Shown here: positions 33,101-47,029 of the stretch, in pieces
Position numbering within the stretch: the stretch's first letter is position 1
Layout: each line of letters opens with the position of its first letter
DNA from: Narcine bancroftii
Lineage: Eukaryota
NCBI RefSeq assembly: GCF_036971445.1
Contig: NC_091477.1
Location: 120,528,001 to 120,592,000, forward strand
Length of the DNA: 64,000 bases
Direction: 5' to 3'
The notes under the pieces: generated by a model
What the model was told of the DNA's origin: nothing
What the model saw: the letters and a program-made list of their open reading frames with translations, nothing else
The model's database searches: none
Position numbers and translations under genes: made by a program

Positions 33101-33450
33101 GGGGAGATTTGATGGAGGTTTACAAAAATATGAGGGGTATAGACAGAGTACATGGGAGTAGGCTCTTTCCACTGAGATTAGGAGAGATAAATACGAGAAG
33201 ACATGGCTTTAGGGTGAAAGTGGATAGGGGAATATTAGGGGGAACCTCTTAACTCAGAGAGTGGCGAGAGTGTGGAATTAGCTGCCTTTGTGGTGGGTGA
33301 GGACTCGATCTTGAGTTTTAAGAATAAATGGAATAGATACATGGATAGGAGAGGTCGGGAAGTTTATGGAACGAGGGCAGGTTATTGCGACTAGCTGAAC
33401 AGACAAGAATGGCGACCTGATATCTGTGCTGTAGTTTCGATGTTTCTATC
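30130..33450 (+). mobile_element. Several stacked degraded CR1 RT/3' fragments
   Basis: e.g. VILWLYKSLARAHLEYC and FTLMFPGLQELSYRERLN...RGDLMEVYK, with repeated CR1 tails near 31900 and 33430. Confidence 0.8.
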
Positions 33451-36249
33451 AAAAGACGTAGTTTCTTGTAATGGCTTCATTATAAGTTAGATTAAAAATA
33501 AATAATAAATTGTTGGAGCCAGTATTTGTTGCAGGGTGTGAATGATGGTCGGGGGCGCACACGGAGCAGAATGATTATAACCAAGATCATTCAGAGTGTG
33601 TCCAAGCTTAACCATGTTGATGCAAAGTACAGCATTCCAACCAGGTTTTATGTTCTCCGTTTCTTGGGGAAATAAAGGAGCATCATCAATGGTGAAAAGT
33701 AATGAGATATCTGGGCTGCGTGTGCTGATTGGTCCCTGTTACATTGACCCTGGTTCAATCCTCACCTCGACCTTTATCAGGATGCGCTCACTTACTTGCT
33801 AACATCCTTTCCCAATCAACTTCTTCAAATTTTCCAAAATCGACTTTGCCCCACTTATGTTCTTTAACTTGTGGAACTGTCTTACCCGTCTCTATAACTG
33901 TCTAAACCCTCCTGAATATATGATCTCTGCTTCCATTACACTATCCCACTATTAATTCAATCTCTTCCCCTATCTCATTCCCCAAGAGAAGGTCTACAAT
34001 TGCTCTCTCTTTTCCACGGCAATCAATATATTGATAAAGAAGCTCTCTTGGGCACACTGAACAAGTCCCACCTCATCCAAGTATTTGTCCTGTGGTTCCC
34101 CAGTCAATATAATGGAAGTTCAAATCTCTCAGTAATACAACTTTACTCTTTTGATAGCGGTCAGCATTTTACCTGCATATCTGCTTTTCCAATTTCTGTT
34201 GACTATTTGGGGTCTATAATATAACTCGCTTTGTTGTAAATTCTACGATCGTTTCAACTGGTTAAGGATTCTGTTACCAAACAAGTCAATTCAATTTACG
34301 TCTACAGTCAAGGGCGTTGGCAGTTGGAAAACATGGAAACATCGCAACCATTGTCTTCTTCAAATTAGATGTCATAATCTTCTGATAATACATAGTTGGT
34401 CTTTCAACATTGCTCAGCGTTAATTTAGCGATTCACAACCCAATGGAACTCTGTTAGCATCTTAATGAGGACAGCAGTGGTTCAGGAAAGGAATTTAACA
34501 CTTTCTTGGTGGTAATTAGTGACGAACATCACATCATGACCTTGCCAGTCACACTGACATCGTGTAAAGTTATTTTTTTCATTCAACAGTCGTTTGGGTG
34601 AAAAAAGGAATGAATAAATATGTAATTGTTGTGGGAGCAATGTTCTGCCCACCCTAAACAAACCACAAAACAGAACTGCATACACTATTGAGAAGGATAC
34701 GATGGAAGTTGTCAAAAAGCCGGAATGATTATCTTGTGGAATTTGAATTTACACAGAATAGAATGACAAATTGAACAAAAACAACGTGTATAAGATCATA
34801 TAGTGGTTTATGGACCATTTCATAAAGTTGCATATTCCGGGTATAGTCTTCTCTGGACACATTGCAAAGAGATAAAATTAATTATTGGCCTCACAGTGAG
34901 GACATCTGAGGAAGCAGGCATTCAGAACATGAAGAAGTGAAAAATGGGCCCATGGTCAGTATTTTCATGAAGAAAATAAGTGGGACAGGAAAATGGAACA
35001 AACAAGAAATAAAGTAACCTCAGAAACTCGAGAGAAATAAAGGTAGATAAAACAAATAAAGAAATTATTAATGAAGAAATTGCAAGGAAATATCTTGAAC
35101 TTTAAAGCTCTAAAGCCCAACTACCTGGGGAAGAGTAGTGAGGAAATAGTAAATATTGTCATCCTAATGTATTGAGATTTCAAAAGGTTGTTGCAGTTGT
35201 AAATGTGAGCCTGTATTTAAGAAAGGAGAGAGAGAGGGAATTGAGGGAAATACTGACTTACTGGGCTGACATGAGCAGTGTTGAGGCCTGCTATTGGATG
35301 TTCAGGGATTTCCAGGGCCCTCTGAGTATCAACCCCTCCAAATATCAGTATTTACAAAGTGCGCAGCAGTTATTTTCACCCAACCACATAATCTTGCCTT
35401 TCAGCACATAATGCTGCCCAGGCATTGCAATTTCTGATTCCTTCAGCTCCTTGCATTATTTTGAAATCTCAGCAACTTCATCAATCCCCGCCACCCTCAG
35501 TTTCGACATCAGCAAAGATTGAAAGCTTTCCAAAATAATTTGTGTGGATTGAATTCATGTTTAGGCAATCGCTGCTGCCCGCTGTCATCCATTACTCATG
35601 GCGTGAGAACCCAAGGATGATCCAACGAAGCAAATAGCAACCGAACAATCAAATAAAAATGACCCCATGATTAACGTCTTTAATAACGAATGAAGTAAAA
35701 ACAGATCCACCCTAAATTCCAAACTAACTGAATGATTGGGTATGTATACTCTAATTTTTGGACATACATAAGAAGGGAAGAGCATATCAGTTACGTCGAA
35801 AGATGTTTGTAAATGAAGTAACAATTAACATGAATTATTTCTCACCTTAATCTATTTATTGTGACATGAACAAATTTTGAAATGTTATATTTCTATACCC
35901 AAAAATTGTTGCTGAGTGCCTGTTGTGACTCAATACTTACTCACAGAAGGACCCAATAAAAGCTACAGCAACCCATCAAATATTTTTCCCTGATTAACAT
36001 ATTAATTTCTTTGAATAATGAATGATTGAAACTAATTGTTCGATTGGAGATGCACACTTTGAGATGATCTGTAAATTTGAAATTCAGACTGGCTGAAAAG
36101 AAGTATCAGTTTCATCCAGTTGTTGCGTACTGCACTGATCGGCAAGAGAACCGGGTCACGGAGGTGCGTGCTCACACTGGGCTACCATTACAATGTCCGG
36201 GTGGTGGTGGTGGTAGGAGGGTGGGGTGTGAAAATGATCATGGAGTCAT

Positions 36250-37930
36250 ATAACCATATACAGCACAGAACATGCCAGTTTGGCCCTCCTAGTCCATGCC
36301 GGAACAAATCCCCACCCTCCTAGCCCCACTGACCAGCACCTGGTCCATACCCCTCCAATCCTCTCCCCTCCATGTAATTATCCAGTCTTTCCTTAAATGT
36401 AAATAACATCCCTGCTTCAACCATCTCTGCCAGAAGCTTATTCCACATCCCAACCACCCTTTGTGTGAGAAATTTAGCCTCCCGTTCCCTTTATAATTTT
36501 CCCCCTTCAATCTCAAGCCATGGCCTCTGGTTTGAATATCCCCCACTCTTAATTGAAAAAGCCTATGTTGACTCTTTCTGTCCCTTTTAAAATCTTGGAC
36601 ACCTCCATCAAATCCCCCCTCAGTCTTCTACGCTCCAGAGAAAAAAGCCCCAGGCTGCTCAACCTTTCTCTGTAACCCAAACCCTGACATCCTGTCAACA
36701 TTCTCGTGAACCTTCTCTGTACTCTCTCTATTTTGTTTATATCCTTCCTATAATTTGGTGACTGAAACTGCACACAGTATTCCAAATTTGTCCTCACCAA
36801 TGCTTTGTACAATTTCATCATAACATCCCAACTCTTGAATTCAATACTCCAATTTACGAAGGCCAACATTCCAAATGCCTTCTTCACCATTCTATCTACC
36901 GCTGTACTGGTACCAACTTTGAGGGTACTATTTACCATAACTCCCAAATCCCTTTGTTGCGCTGCTCTCCTCAATTTTCTACCATTCAATGTATATGACC
37001 TATTTAGATTTGCCTTTCCAAAATGCAACACTTCACACTTATCCGTATTAAATTCCATCAGCCATTTCTCAGCCCACTCCTCTAGCTTTCCTATATCTCT
37101 TTTTAAACTACGGTAATCTTCCTCACTATCCACAAAATCACCAATCTTTGTATCATCTGCAAACTTATTTATCTAATTCACCACCCCTTCTTCCAGATCG
37201 TTAATATATATAACAAACAATAGAGGACCCACGACCGATCCCTGAGGAACTCCACTATTCACTGGCCTCCAACTGGACAAACAATTTTCTACCACTACTC
37301 TCTGACACCTCCCATCCAACCATTACTGAATCCATTTTACTACCTCCTTATTTATACCTAATACCTCCATCTTTTTTCCTAACCTCCTGTGGGGAGCTTT
37401 GTCAAAAGCTATGCTAAAGTTTAAATAGACAACATCCACAGCCTTCCCTTCATCAATCTTTTTGTAACCCCCTCGAAAAACTCTATAAGGTTAGTAAAGC
37501 ATGATCTACTCCTGACAAAACCATGCTGACTACTACCTATCAATCCCTGTTCTTCCAAATATTTGTAAATGCCATCCCTCAGAACACTTTCCATCAACTT
37601 ACCCACCACAGACGTCAGACGTACAGGTCTATAATTTCCAGGCTTACATTTGGACCCTTTCTTAAACATGAGCCACCCTCCAATCCTCTGGCACTACCCC
37701 CGTGACCAATGATATCTTAAATATCTGTTAAATGGGCTCACTATCTGTACACTGGTCTCCCTGATTGTCCTTGGGAATACATTGTCCGGACCCGGAGATT
37801 TGTCCACTTTTATATTTTTTAACACAACCATCACTGCCTCCTCGGTTATCCTTGTATGTTTCACGACCACCCCACTTTTTCTCTTTACTTCAACTGGTGA
37901 TAAGCTCTCGGAGAGTTCCAGTGAAGTCAG
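36250..37930 (-). mobile_element. Relatively young CR1 LINE (RT and 3' tail), cut by an assembly gap
   Basis: FKKGSKCKPGNYRPVRLTSVVGKLME...SQHGF and a 194-aa open C-terminal ORF (WAEKWLMEFNTDKCEVLHFG...LERRRLRGDL). Confidence 0.92.
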
Positions 37931-40900
37931 TTGGTTNNNNNNNNNNNNNNNNNNNNNNNNNNNNNNNNNNNNNNNNNNNNNNNNNNNNNNNNNNNNNNNN
38001 NNNNNNNNNNNNNNNNNNNNNNNNNNNNNNNNNNNNNNNNNNNNNNNNNNNNNNNNNNNNNNNNNNNNNNNNNNNNNNNNNNNNNNNNNNNNNNNNNNNN
38101 NNNNNNNNNNNNNNNNNNNNNNNNNNTGATTATATATGAAGTGGTCTTTAATATATATCGTTCGTCGCCTTCATATCATCGTCGTTTTCTGTGTAGGACC
38201 CTTGTACAGTCCAGTGCTTACTGTTGAAACATTGCGAATCGAATACATTTATGTTCATGTCATGTAAAATTAAACTGTCGATACATCAAAACTGGAGGAC
38301 AATATTTAATGAGCAAAGATTAAATACACCAACGTGTAACCGAAGTCTGCTGGGACTGATGAAACCGAAGGAGCTCAGGAGGTCAGGCGCATCTGGAATC
38401 GAAAAGATGACCCGACACGAAAAGTTGTCTTTTGATAGCGCTCATTGAATGCTGACTGACTGACGCGTTGAATTGCACGAGCTTCTCTTTGTTTACTGAG
38501 GATTCCGACGTTAGCAGTTTGCAGTGTTTTCCGAGAGTTACAGTGAATTACCTTTAGTCATCATGTGTTTCTTCGTGTTATTCTGCGGTTTCAGTAAAAT
38601 AATGTAACATTTTGGTGCAAAAATACAGACCAGCAAACCAAAACTTGACGCCCAGATAGCAAACACTTCCACGGCCACCGTGTACTTCCCTGGAGAGCTC
38701 ACATAAGCTGGAATGAACGTGATCCAAACCGCGCAGAAGATCAACATGCTGAAGGTGATGTACGTGGCGTCGTTGAAATTGTCTGGAAGTTTCCGGGCAA
38801 GGAAAGCGAGAACTAAACACACAATGGACAAAAGAGCAATATAGGCCGATACCAAGTAAAAGGCCGTTAATGACCCCACGTCACATTCCAGAATAATGAT
38901 GTCTCGATAATAGCTCATGTTTTTCAGGGGATGGGGAGGTGACACACTTAGCCAGACAACGCAAACTAAAGCCTGCAGAAATGTCAGGATACACACGCCC
39001 AGCCGTTGCTGAGTGGGTCCAAACCAGTTCATCACGCTCCTGTTGGGAAGAGTTGCTTTAAAGGCCACCACAACTAGAATGGTTTTGCCCAAAATGCAGG
39101 AAATGCAGAGAACGAAAACAACTCCGAAAACAGTGCGACGCAACCTGCAAGACCAGTCGGAGGGTTCCCCAATGAAGCTGAGCGAGCAAATGAAGCAAAG
39201 CATGAGAGCGAAGAGAAGGAGGAAGCTGAGCTCGGAGTTGTTCGCTTTCACCATGGGAGTTTCCCGGTAACGGTAGAAAATAGCAGCGGTGGCCAAGGTG
39301 AAGCAGACTCCCACTAGAGCGAGCGTCACCAACACAAACCCCAGAACTTCTCCAAAGGAAAGGAACTCAACCTTCTTGCGAACACATCGGGTTTTCTGTT
39401 GATTGGGCCAGTATTCCGAGGGACACTTTATGCAATTTGTGGAATCTGGAAGAAGAAAAAAATCCAACGGTTAATATGAAAATGCTAGTGAGCACAGACC
39501 TTGGGAATTCTTGAGAAATAATGAATAGTCTGGCATTGCGTTATACAGTTTTCCAGTGCGGCACTCGGCTATTTTCCCAAACCTGTGGTGTTGCTAATCT
39601 CATCATCGCCACATTCGGCACAGTCAAAGCAACATGTTGGTTGCGCTTTCCGGCTCACTTTCCATGTTCCAGGAAGACAGGGTTCTGAGCAAATTGCTCG
39701 TGGAATCTAAAGCAAATTAAAACCAACTTACTGCATCCAAGTGATAATGCGCAGCTCCTTTCAACTTGTAGAATTATTTCCCCCCCCCCCCCTCCCCCAC
39801 CCCGGAGGTTCGTTTAATGTTCCTCCAGAAACTGCAGGGGGAAAATAAGAAGACAAAATGCGCAGATCAGCTTCATATGTTTTTAGAATTCTCATCAGAG
39901 CTTTGCTTTATTGTTGCCACGTTAATCATTTCACACGGCGATGCAGCCGAATACAGTCACAGTCCACGCCAAGCATCATCATCCACTCAGGTTATCCCAT
40001 AGTTTTTATCCACAAATTCCAACCAACTCACCTCCAGATGTTCATCAATTCGCCCACATACTCGAGCAAATTGTCTTTCTAAATTCCAAAAAATAAAAGA
40101 ACAATCTATTGATATTACAAATCCACATATACCATTGGAGCATTGAGCAATCGGCAAAAAATTTTACCCGCTCCCACCCCCACCCACCCCTCAAGCATAT
40201 CGTTCTCTTCCATTTCATCGGTGTAAACCCACGATACGGGGACATACCTTATTTCCAGTCGTGCTCCACAGGATGTTCTCGAAATTCATCACCAGTTCAC
40301 TCCCTGGAGGAGCGGAACCATCATAAGAGCCAATATTCACAATGTCAACTCTACCCAACGAATTAGTTTGCAAGTTCACCAATTCGTATCTTGGCACTGG
40401 ATCACCGTTATCATCAAAATGTACAATTTCCCCTGTCTTCGCTGTGAAATTGACGAAGCGTAGATAGTGGAGGAGCTAGAGAAGAAAAAAGAAGACTCGC
40501 CGTAATCGCTGCATGAGATTTGCGGTGCGGAGGTCAGATGTGCAGCCAAATAATTGAAATAATCTGCAGGATAATTGCCATCTGAAGAGGCATATGGATT
40601 TTGGAGCATATGTTGGCAGGTGATTCAGGGATTAATATATTTACCGTGGTTGACGAGATATCATCACTGAATGAGAGTACCCGGCATGAAGACTCAGGGC
40701 AAAACCTTGACCTCAACATCAACGCCGGAACCTGACTGCAAAAGTGCAGGCGTTTTATTCTGTTGGATATGCATCCTGTTAGATTATATCACACCACCAC
40801 TCCCACCCCACCCAAAAAATCGAGCAATAAAGACCAATGGAGCTATTATAGAAAAGGCACGAATTTCCTTCCAGCGCTGGCATCAATTTATATTCTTCAT

Positions 40901-42529
40901 CAATACACACCTGCCACGGCTCAAAATGTGAAATCTGTGCACATGTGTGATTCACAAAGGGCCCGTTGCCTTCTTCACAGGTTAACAGGTCGTGGAGCGC
41001 ATGAGCAATAGCGTAAACCGCTTTATACACATGGTAAGAACTTCCGTCCATTATCGCTGGAAGGTAGGAGTTTTCTATTCCTTCCATCTCTTCCTTCCCT
41101 GTGCATTGCCGAAATTGAACTGGAAAATCTCCTGGGATTTCAACGTTATCGATGGTAAAATAACATTTGAATAAATTTTCCCAAAACTCTGCCACCAAAT
41201 CATTTCCAGGAAAGTTGTAAGGATGGACATCATGAAGAAAATCTCTGAGTTCCGGGATCTCTGTCCTGTAGGTTATCGGACCAATTGTTCCTGCGAGATA
41301 CATTGCACTTACTTCAGGCGGGAGAAGGTTTCCTGTAATCCAGCCCTCGCTTCCAATCCACTGTATGCCTGTTACATTTTGACGCCAAATTTCGTCCAAT
41401 AAAATTCGCATATCACCAATATCAACAAAAGCCACCACCACTTTAGTGGACGCTTGTTTAATCACCCGGACAACTTTCCTGATTTTCTCCGCTGTATCGG
41501 TTCTGTAAAATGACTCCGAATAGGCGATACAAACCCCAAACTTTTCCACCTGTTGCACAAATCCTTGCATTCCAAAATTGCCGTAATCGTTGTGACTTCG
41601 AACGGTTCCGATCCAAGTCCAGCCGAACGCCCGCACCAGTTCAGCGAGAACTTTGGACTGGAACTCATCACTGGGTATAGTTCTAAAAAATGTAGGGTAT
41701 TCTTGCTTATCGCTGAGGCAGGAGCAGGTGGAGTAGGGGCTGACCTGCGTAGAAAGGAAAAATATATATTAATATTTGACACCCACCTGCCTGCGCTGTA
41801 TGTGTCTGATATCGATCGTGATTCTTTCAGAATTATTTGACAACTGAACTACTTTTAGTACTGAATATGCATATGAGAGGAAATTTTCGAAAAATTTACA
41901 AACTTTTCAAAATTATATATTAATCACAAAAAAACTGATACAGTGTTAAACTTTCTACAGTTCGTTGAATTCTTTCTGGCGGTGTAAATTACTATGAACT
42001 TTAATCATCACTTCGTTTGGTTTTTTTTTGACCGAACTAATAAGAAAGATGGTAGAGGAAAATCGGCACTTTAACACAGCAGATAAATATTTGACTTATT
42101 ACCAGCGGGATTCGGAAAGATCCGATTGTCCGTGCGGTTACGATGGAGTTTGTGGATAGATCACACCCAACGATGGCAGCGACGTTGGAGGAGCCTCTAC
42201 CTTCTGGGCATTCAATTAATTCTTTTTCTCCATTGATCAAAGTGAGCGTTGCTTTCAAGGCAATCGCGGAGGATGAGCATTCATCGTGGATCTTATACCC
42301 GAGTGTGATCCCGGGGAGTAGATTTTGATTCTGGTTTATTTCTTCAATGGCAAAAATCATGGTTTGCATCAACCGAAAGCCAGCATAATCAATACTACAG
42401 ATAAGATAAGAAGGCGTAATAAAACAATTCAAATTAACGATTCAATCAAATATGACTTTAGACTATTTAAAAGGTTTATTCATTATTAATATAGGAGCAC
42501 CCGAAAAACTCACTGATATGTACGCTGAA

Positions 42530-43000
42530 AAGGAGTGACTCCCCACTGTCTGTCCCTTCATGATACAACATGCGTAAAACTGCTGGAGGTGCACTGTGGA
42601 AAGTACTCAAGTACCCCGGCCGAGAATGGTTGCAAGTCTTTCACATCGCAGGCTGCATCGCCAGTCTTCACAACCTTTCCTCAAATCGGCGGTATAGAAG
42701 CCTGAAATCCAGCAGCCGTTGGTTGAAAGACAGTTTCTTTCCATTGGCTCTCAGACTCTTCAACTTTTCATTAGTACATTCATTAAAAACTGCTCCGACC
42801 AACAAAAGAGCCGTCTGCACTAATTCAAGGCAATTCTACACCTGGATTACTGTGAATAATTGTTGTCTATCTTATGTATTACTGTCTCTTTTCATTTAAT
42901 TGACAATTAAAGGTTTTATTTGCAAGCGCCTAGTTCTTCGGATGCTGCAGGTACGAATGTCGGTGCAGATGTGCATTGTATGATGTGAATGATAATAAAC
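42530..43000 (+). mobile_element. Rex/Babar-like LINE 3' fragment in gene B intron 1
   Basis: RRYRSLKSSSRWLKDSFFPLALRLFN C-terminal motif followed by a 3' UTR with AATAAA. Confidence 0.6.
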
Positions 43001-43567
43001 TCAGCATGATCTTCGATGTCAGTTTTAGATTAATTTCTAAGCTCCTGAAACATACCACTTCACTTCTCTGATCTCCGATGTTTCCAACCCTGATCGCCCC
43101 TCCGGACCCACTGTCATGGTTGATATTTCCCCACCTCTATGCTCAAAGCATAAATGCGATCCAGCCTTCTGCATTGATCGGATGAAGCATCAAAATGCTA
43201 TGGACTGATGTTCAGTGTTTACACATATTCCCCATAATATCCAGGTAGATACATAAACAGTATTTCCATGGATAACAAGCTAAGAGTGCACTCAGGCCAC
43301 AAAGGACGCCTGCATTTTTCGTTTTCTGGTCTCTCTGTGATCACACGTCAGTTTATTGACAGACAAATGAAGGGATTTTGCTTACAAAGGAGTAATATTC
43401 CAGTGACATTTCTTGGACATGTGTACCCACATACAAAAATTTAAAATAATTGTGCGACCGACCCATTACGTTATGGTAGAAGTATTTTTGGTCATCATCC
43501 AATAACGTACGCCAACATTTTAAATATCCTTCAGACTGCATTAGGTGCCTGTGATATTATAGATAAA

Positions 43568-43610
43568 TCTTCTTTGGCTTGGCTTCGCGGATGAAGATTT
43601 ATGGAGGGGT
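43568..43610 (-). mobile_element. Very short RTE LINE 3' tail
   Basis: Reverse complement cccctccataaatcttcatccgcgaagccaagccaaagaag, resembling an RTE 3' terminus. Confidence 0.5.
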
Positions 43611-44139
43611 AAACGCATAACCATGATAATTGCAGTAGACAACCGCTCATCTAACCTTCAAATTGTAATGCCTACTTTGTCTGTAAATGGCATCGTAATT
43701 TCTAAATTCAATGAGATGTAAAGACAACTGGACCAATTATCATTTCATATGACACTGTCTTTCATAAAGAATGAGATCGCATTTGCAAATACAATGACAA
43801 CTTTTAAAATACGTTTTGACAGATATTTGTGTGGAGATATTTGGACCAAATGGGGGAAAACAGAAAGCGCAGGTGGACTCACCTTCTGCACCCAGTGCTT
43901 TTCGGAGTAATGGCAAATGAATGAAAGTTTTGAACCGGATCTAAATGCACAGTAAATATTCCACCAAGGATGATATCTCCATCCTTCCCTAAATCAGACA
44001 AACTGACTTTTGCACGTCACTTACAAACGATTCCGTGCGTTTCCTGCGCGGCGGTCAGTAAGAGGAGAACCAGAAACCGAGACATTGCTCTATCCAGCAG
44101 ACCAGTCACTATTGGTTTAGAGTAGATGGAAGAACCTGG

Positions 44140-44146
44140 ATTTATA
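44140..44146 (-). promoter_or_regulatory. TATA box (TATAAAT) of gene B
   Basis: About 60 bp upstream of the ATG; same position in gene C. Confidence 0.55.
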
Positions 44147-44467
44147 ATGTGCCCGTCAAGATCTGAGGATCTCCCAATGCTGTAATGTCATCATTCTCCA
44201 TCGTGACATGATATGTGCGCTGTACGTCAATTGACTTTGTTACTGTTAATTCAGCCGTAGGGAATATTACAATTTTTTTTAATTACTTCGAATAGGAAGG
44301 ACATTTTCACCAAGTGTTTACGTTTTCCAGTGATATAGGAAGAAACCCCAGAGAGTATGAAAGTTCCGTGCCTCTAACGATAACCACTAGATATATAAAA
44401 CCGACACGCAATGCGCTCCATCAGGAATAACCGAAATAAGTTTTAAATCAAATAATATATCGTAAAT

Positions 44468-45110
44468 ATGGGCAACTAAAGCGGCATCGTCTGCAAAGAG
44501 TAGTTCATGGACAAGTTGCTCTTGTGTCTTGGTGTGAGTTTGCAGGCGCCTCAGATTGAAGAGACTGCCATCCGTGCGGTACCGGATGTAAACACGTCTT
44601 CATTGTTGAGGTCTTTCATGGCTTGGTTCAGCATCATGCTGAAGAAGATTGAAAAGAGGGTTGGTGCGAGAACGCAGCCTTGCTTCAATGGAGAAGCCTT
44701 GCTTCAATGAAGCCTTGCTTCAATGGAGAAGGGTTGGACAGCTCATTGCTGTATCTGACCCGACCTTGTTGGCTTTCGTGCAGTTGGATAACCATGTTGA
44801 GGAACTTGGGGGGAGGCGGGGCATCCGAGGCACTCTAGTATTTGCCAAAGCCCTTTCCTGCTCATGGTGTCGAAGGCTTTGGTGAGGTCAACAAAGGTGA
44901 TGTAGAGTCCTTTGTTTTGTTCTCTGTACTTTTCTTGGAGCTGTCTGAGGGCAAAGACCATGTCAGTGGTTCCTCTGTTTGTGCGAAAGCCCATTCAGAG
45001 CCAGCTCTCCAGTGCATGACGTCCTGTTTTGCAGAAACTGCCAAAATGTTTGGCCTGGAAGTCAGCCTGAAGAAAACTGAGGTCCTCCATCAGCCAGCTC
45101 CCCACCATGC
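44468..45110. mobile_element. RTE (BovB-like) LINE RT fragment with internal inversion
   Basis: Minus GFRTNRGTTDMVFALRQLQEK...FVDLTKAFD...ELLFADDAALVAH, then plus AHSEPALQCMTSCFAETAKMFGLEVSLKKTEVL. Confidence 0.85.
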
Positions 45111-45989
45111 AGGTACATGGTTACTGTTCAGAAAGGTTCTTGTCAGTTTTCGGAGAGAGATTTTTTTGTACAATGGACACCCACCCAGCCACTTTAGTGT
45201 CTTGTCGAAGAAACTTGCCCCCTCAGGATTCTCCAAATGATAACCTCTTTCTTTCAGGTTACCACAGAATTCCTTCTTGTTTATCTTATTTCAAATGAAA
45301 CATTAGACAGCCAGTCCTCTCCTCTTGCATGAATCACAAGGGTATTGACCAGGCTGAACTCATAGATTACAACCCGTCTTCCAAATGGGGCTTTCCACAA
45401 GCTTTCAGCTTGTCCTGTTCCAGTCTCAGCTGTTTTTGCTGGCTGNNNNNNNNNNNNNNNNNNNNNNNNNNNNNNNNNNNNNNNNNNNNNNNNNNNNNNN
45501 NNNNNNNNNNNNNNNNNNNNNNNNNNNNNNNNNNNNNNNNNNNNNNNNNNNNNNNNNNNNNNNNNNNNNNNNNNNNNNNNNNNNNNNNNNNNNNNNNNNN
45601 NNNNNNNNNNNNNNNNNNNNNNNNNNNNNNNNNNNNNNNNNNNNNNNNNNNNNNNNNNNNNNNNNNNNNNNNNNNNNNNNNNNNNNNNNNNNNNNNNNNN
45701 NNNNNNNNNNNNNGCTTGTAAAACCACATGACCCTCCTAGAACAGCAGGTTTCACTGCAGACAGAATGAGGCTCCGACAAGCTCTGTTGCCTTTTTGTAA
45801 ACAACAATCCATTAGTGACTTGGGGACTCTCCAATGCTTTTGCAAAGGCTCTGAGGCCCCGACATTCCTAGTATTAGCAGAGCTCCAGCATTTTAATTAA
45901 GATCTCTTTTAAAGTGTTTGCATGTGACCTACACTAACAAACCCTACCCCAACATATCTCCCAAAAACATATGTATATACTCTGTCACA

Positions 45990-46870
45990 ATTGCAGTACT
46001 ACAGAGCTGCATATTTAGACCTCTGCTGTACTCTCTGTACACACAACCGCGTGGCCAAACTCAGCTCCAACTACATTTTAAATTCGCAAATCATTGTTTG
46101 TGCAGGCTTGCTAACAAAGAAATGAAATACAGAAGAGAGATAGAGGGGAATATGCCTTGGTGTTATGAGAAAACTTTACTTCAATGTCTTTCAGACCAAT
46201 GAACTGGTTATTAACTTCTGGAAAACGATTTGAGATCTTTCCCCAGTCTGAATGAATGATGATGAAGTGGAGATAGGAAAAACTTTGCTTTGGTTGGTGT
46301 AATCATCTCCAGTTAATTAGTCCATCCAGTCAATGTAATCTGCACATAAGCGCCCCAGCACCTCTCCTACCTCAGAAGCCTAAGGAAATTTTATAATGTT
46401 ACCAGCATCTCTTTTGGAACTTTTATAGGTGCACCATTTAAAACATGCTGACAGGGTGCATCACAGAGTGAGATGGGAACTGCTCCGCCCAAGACCACAA
46501 AAAACTGGAAAGGTGAATTAAAATGATTCAGTCCAGCAAGCGCATCTCGTCACCACAATCGACGATATATAACTATTGCTACCCTCAAAATGCATTCAAC
46601 ATATTGAAAGACTCATCTCACTCCGGCCACATCCTCCTCGCCCAGTTCTCCTCATGGAGAAGGTTCACGAGAATGCTATCACGCACCAGAGAAGCAAGGA
46701 TAGTTTCTCTCCCAAGATTATTAGATTCGTGCATGAAAACAAATAACGTAAATAATATTTCCTTTACCGCGTAGCAATCTCAGTAGCTCTGCTCTCTTGT
46801 AGAGTCTATTTCAAGTTTTGCTATGTTCGCGATATCAACTGACCTACAAGCAAAACAACTTTCACTGTTT
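45990..46870 (+). mobile_element. Degraded Rex/Babar-like LINE fragment
   Basis: PLLYSLYT...KFA RT motif and ILKDSSHSGH C-terminal motif. Confidence 0.6.
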
Positions 46871-47029
46871 ATTGCTACTGGAGACAATAACTTAAACATG
46901 ACCTTTCCTTTCCATCTGCTGATTTCACTGTTTCTTCTTTTAGGATGTTTAACATTTTCCCTGCACCAAAACTAGATTGTCTCAAATCTTTTAAAGGAAA
47001 ATACAAAAGCCTGATACGCTGTGATTGTA

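Larger units (their letters stand above)
38538..44085 (-). pseudogene. V2R/OlfC gene B: complete six-exon structure with one in-frame TGA at codon 23
   Basis: Exons 44085-43883, 42394-42103, 41744-40911, 40475-40248, 39706-39583, 39445-38538 (same sizes as gene A), GT-AG throughout. Exon 1 reads [28 protein letters not shown] with TGA at 44019-44017; all other exons open. Confidence 0.9.

Noticed and set aside
36549-37133. 194-aa ORF as a possible host gene
   Set aside because: CR1 ORF2 C-terminus; the upstream RT is frameshifted
44017-44019. TGA as a selenocysteine codon in gene B
   Set aside because: Aligned residue in paralogs is Arg (CGA/CGT), not Cys; simple CpG transition and no SECIS recognised
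45281-45900. ORFs spanning the N gap (also 37765-38227)
   Set aside because: Artefacts of N runs
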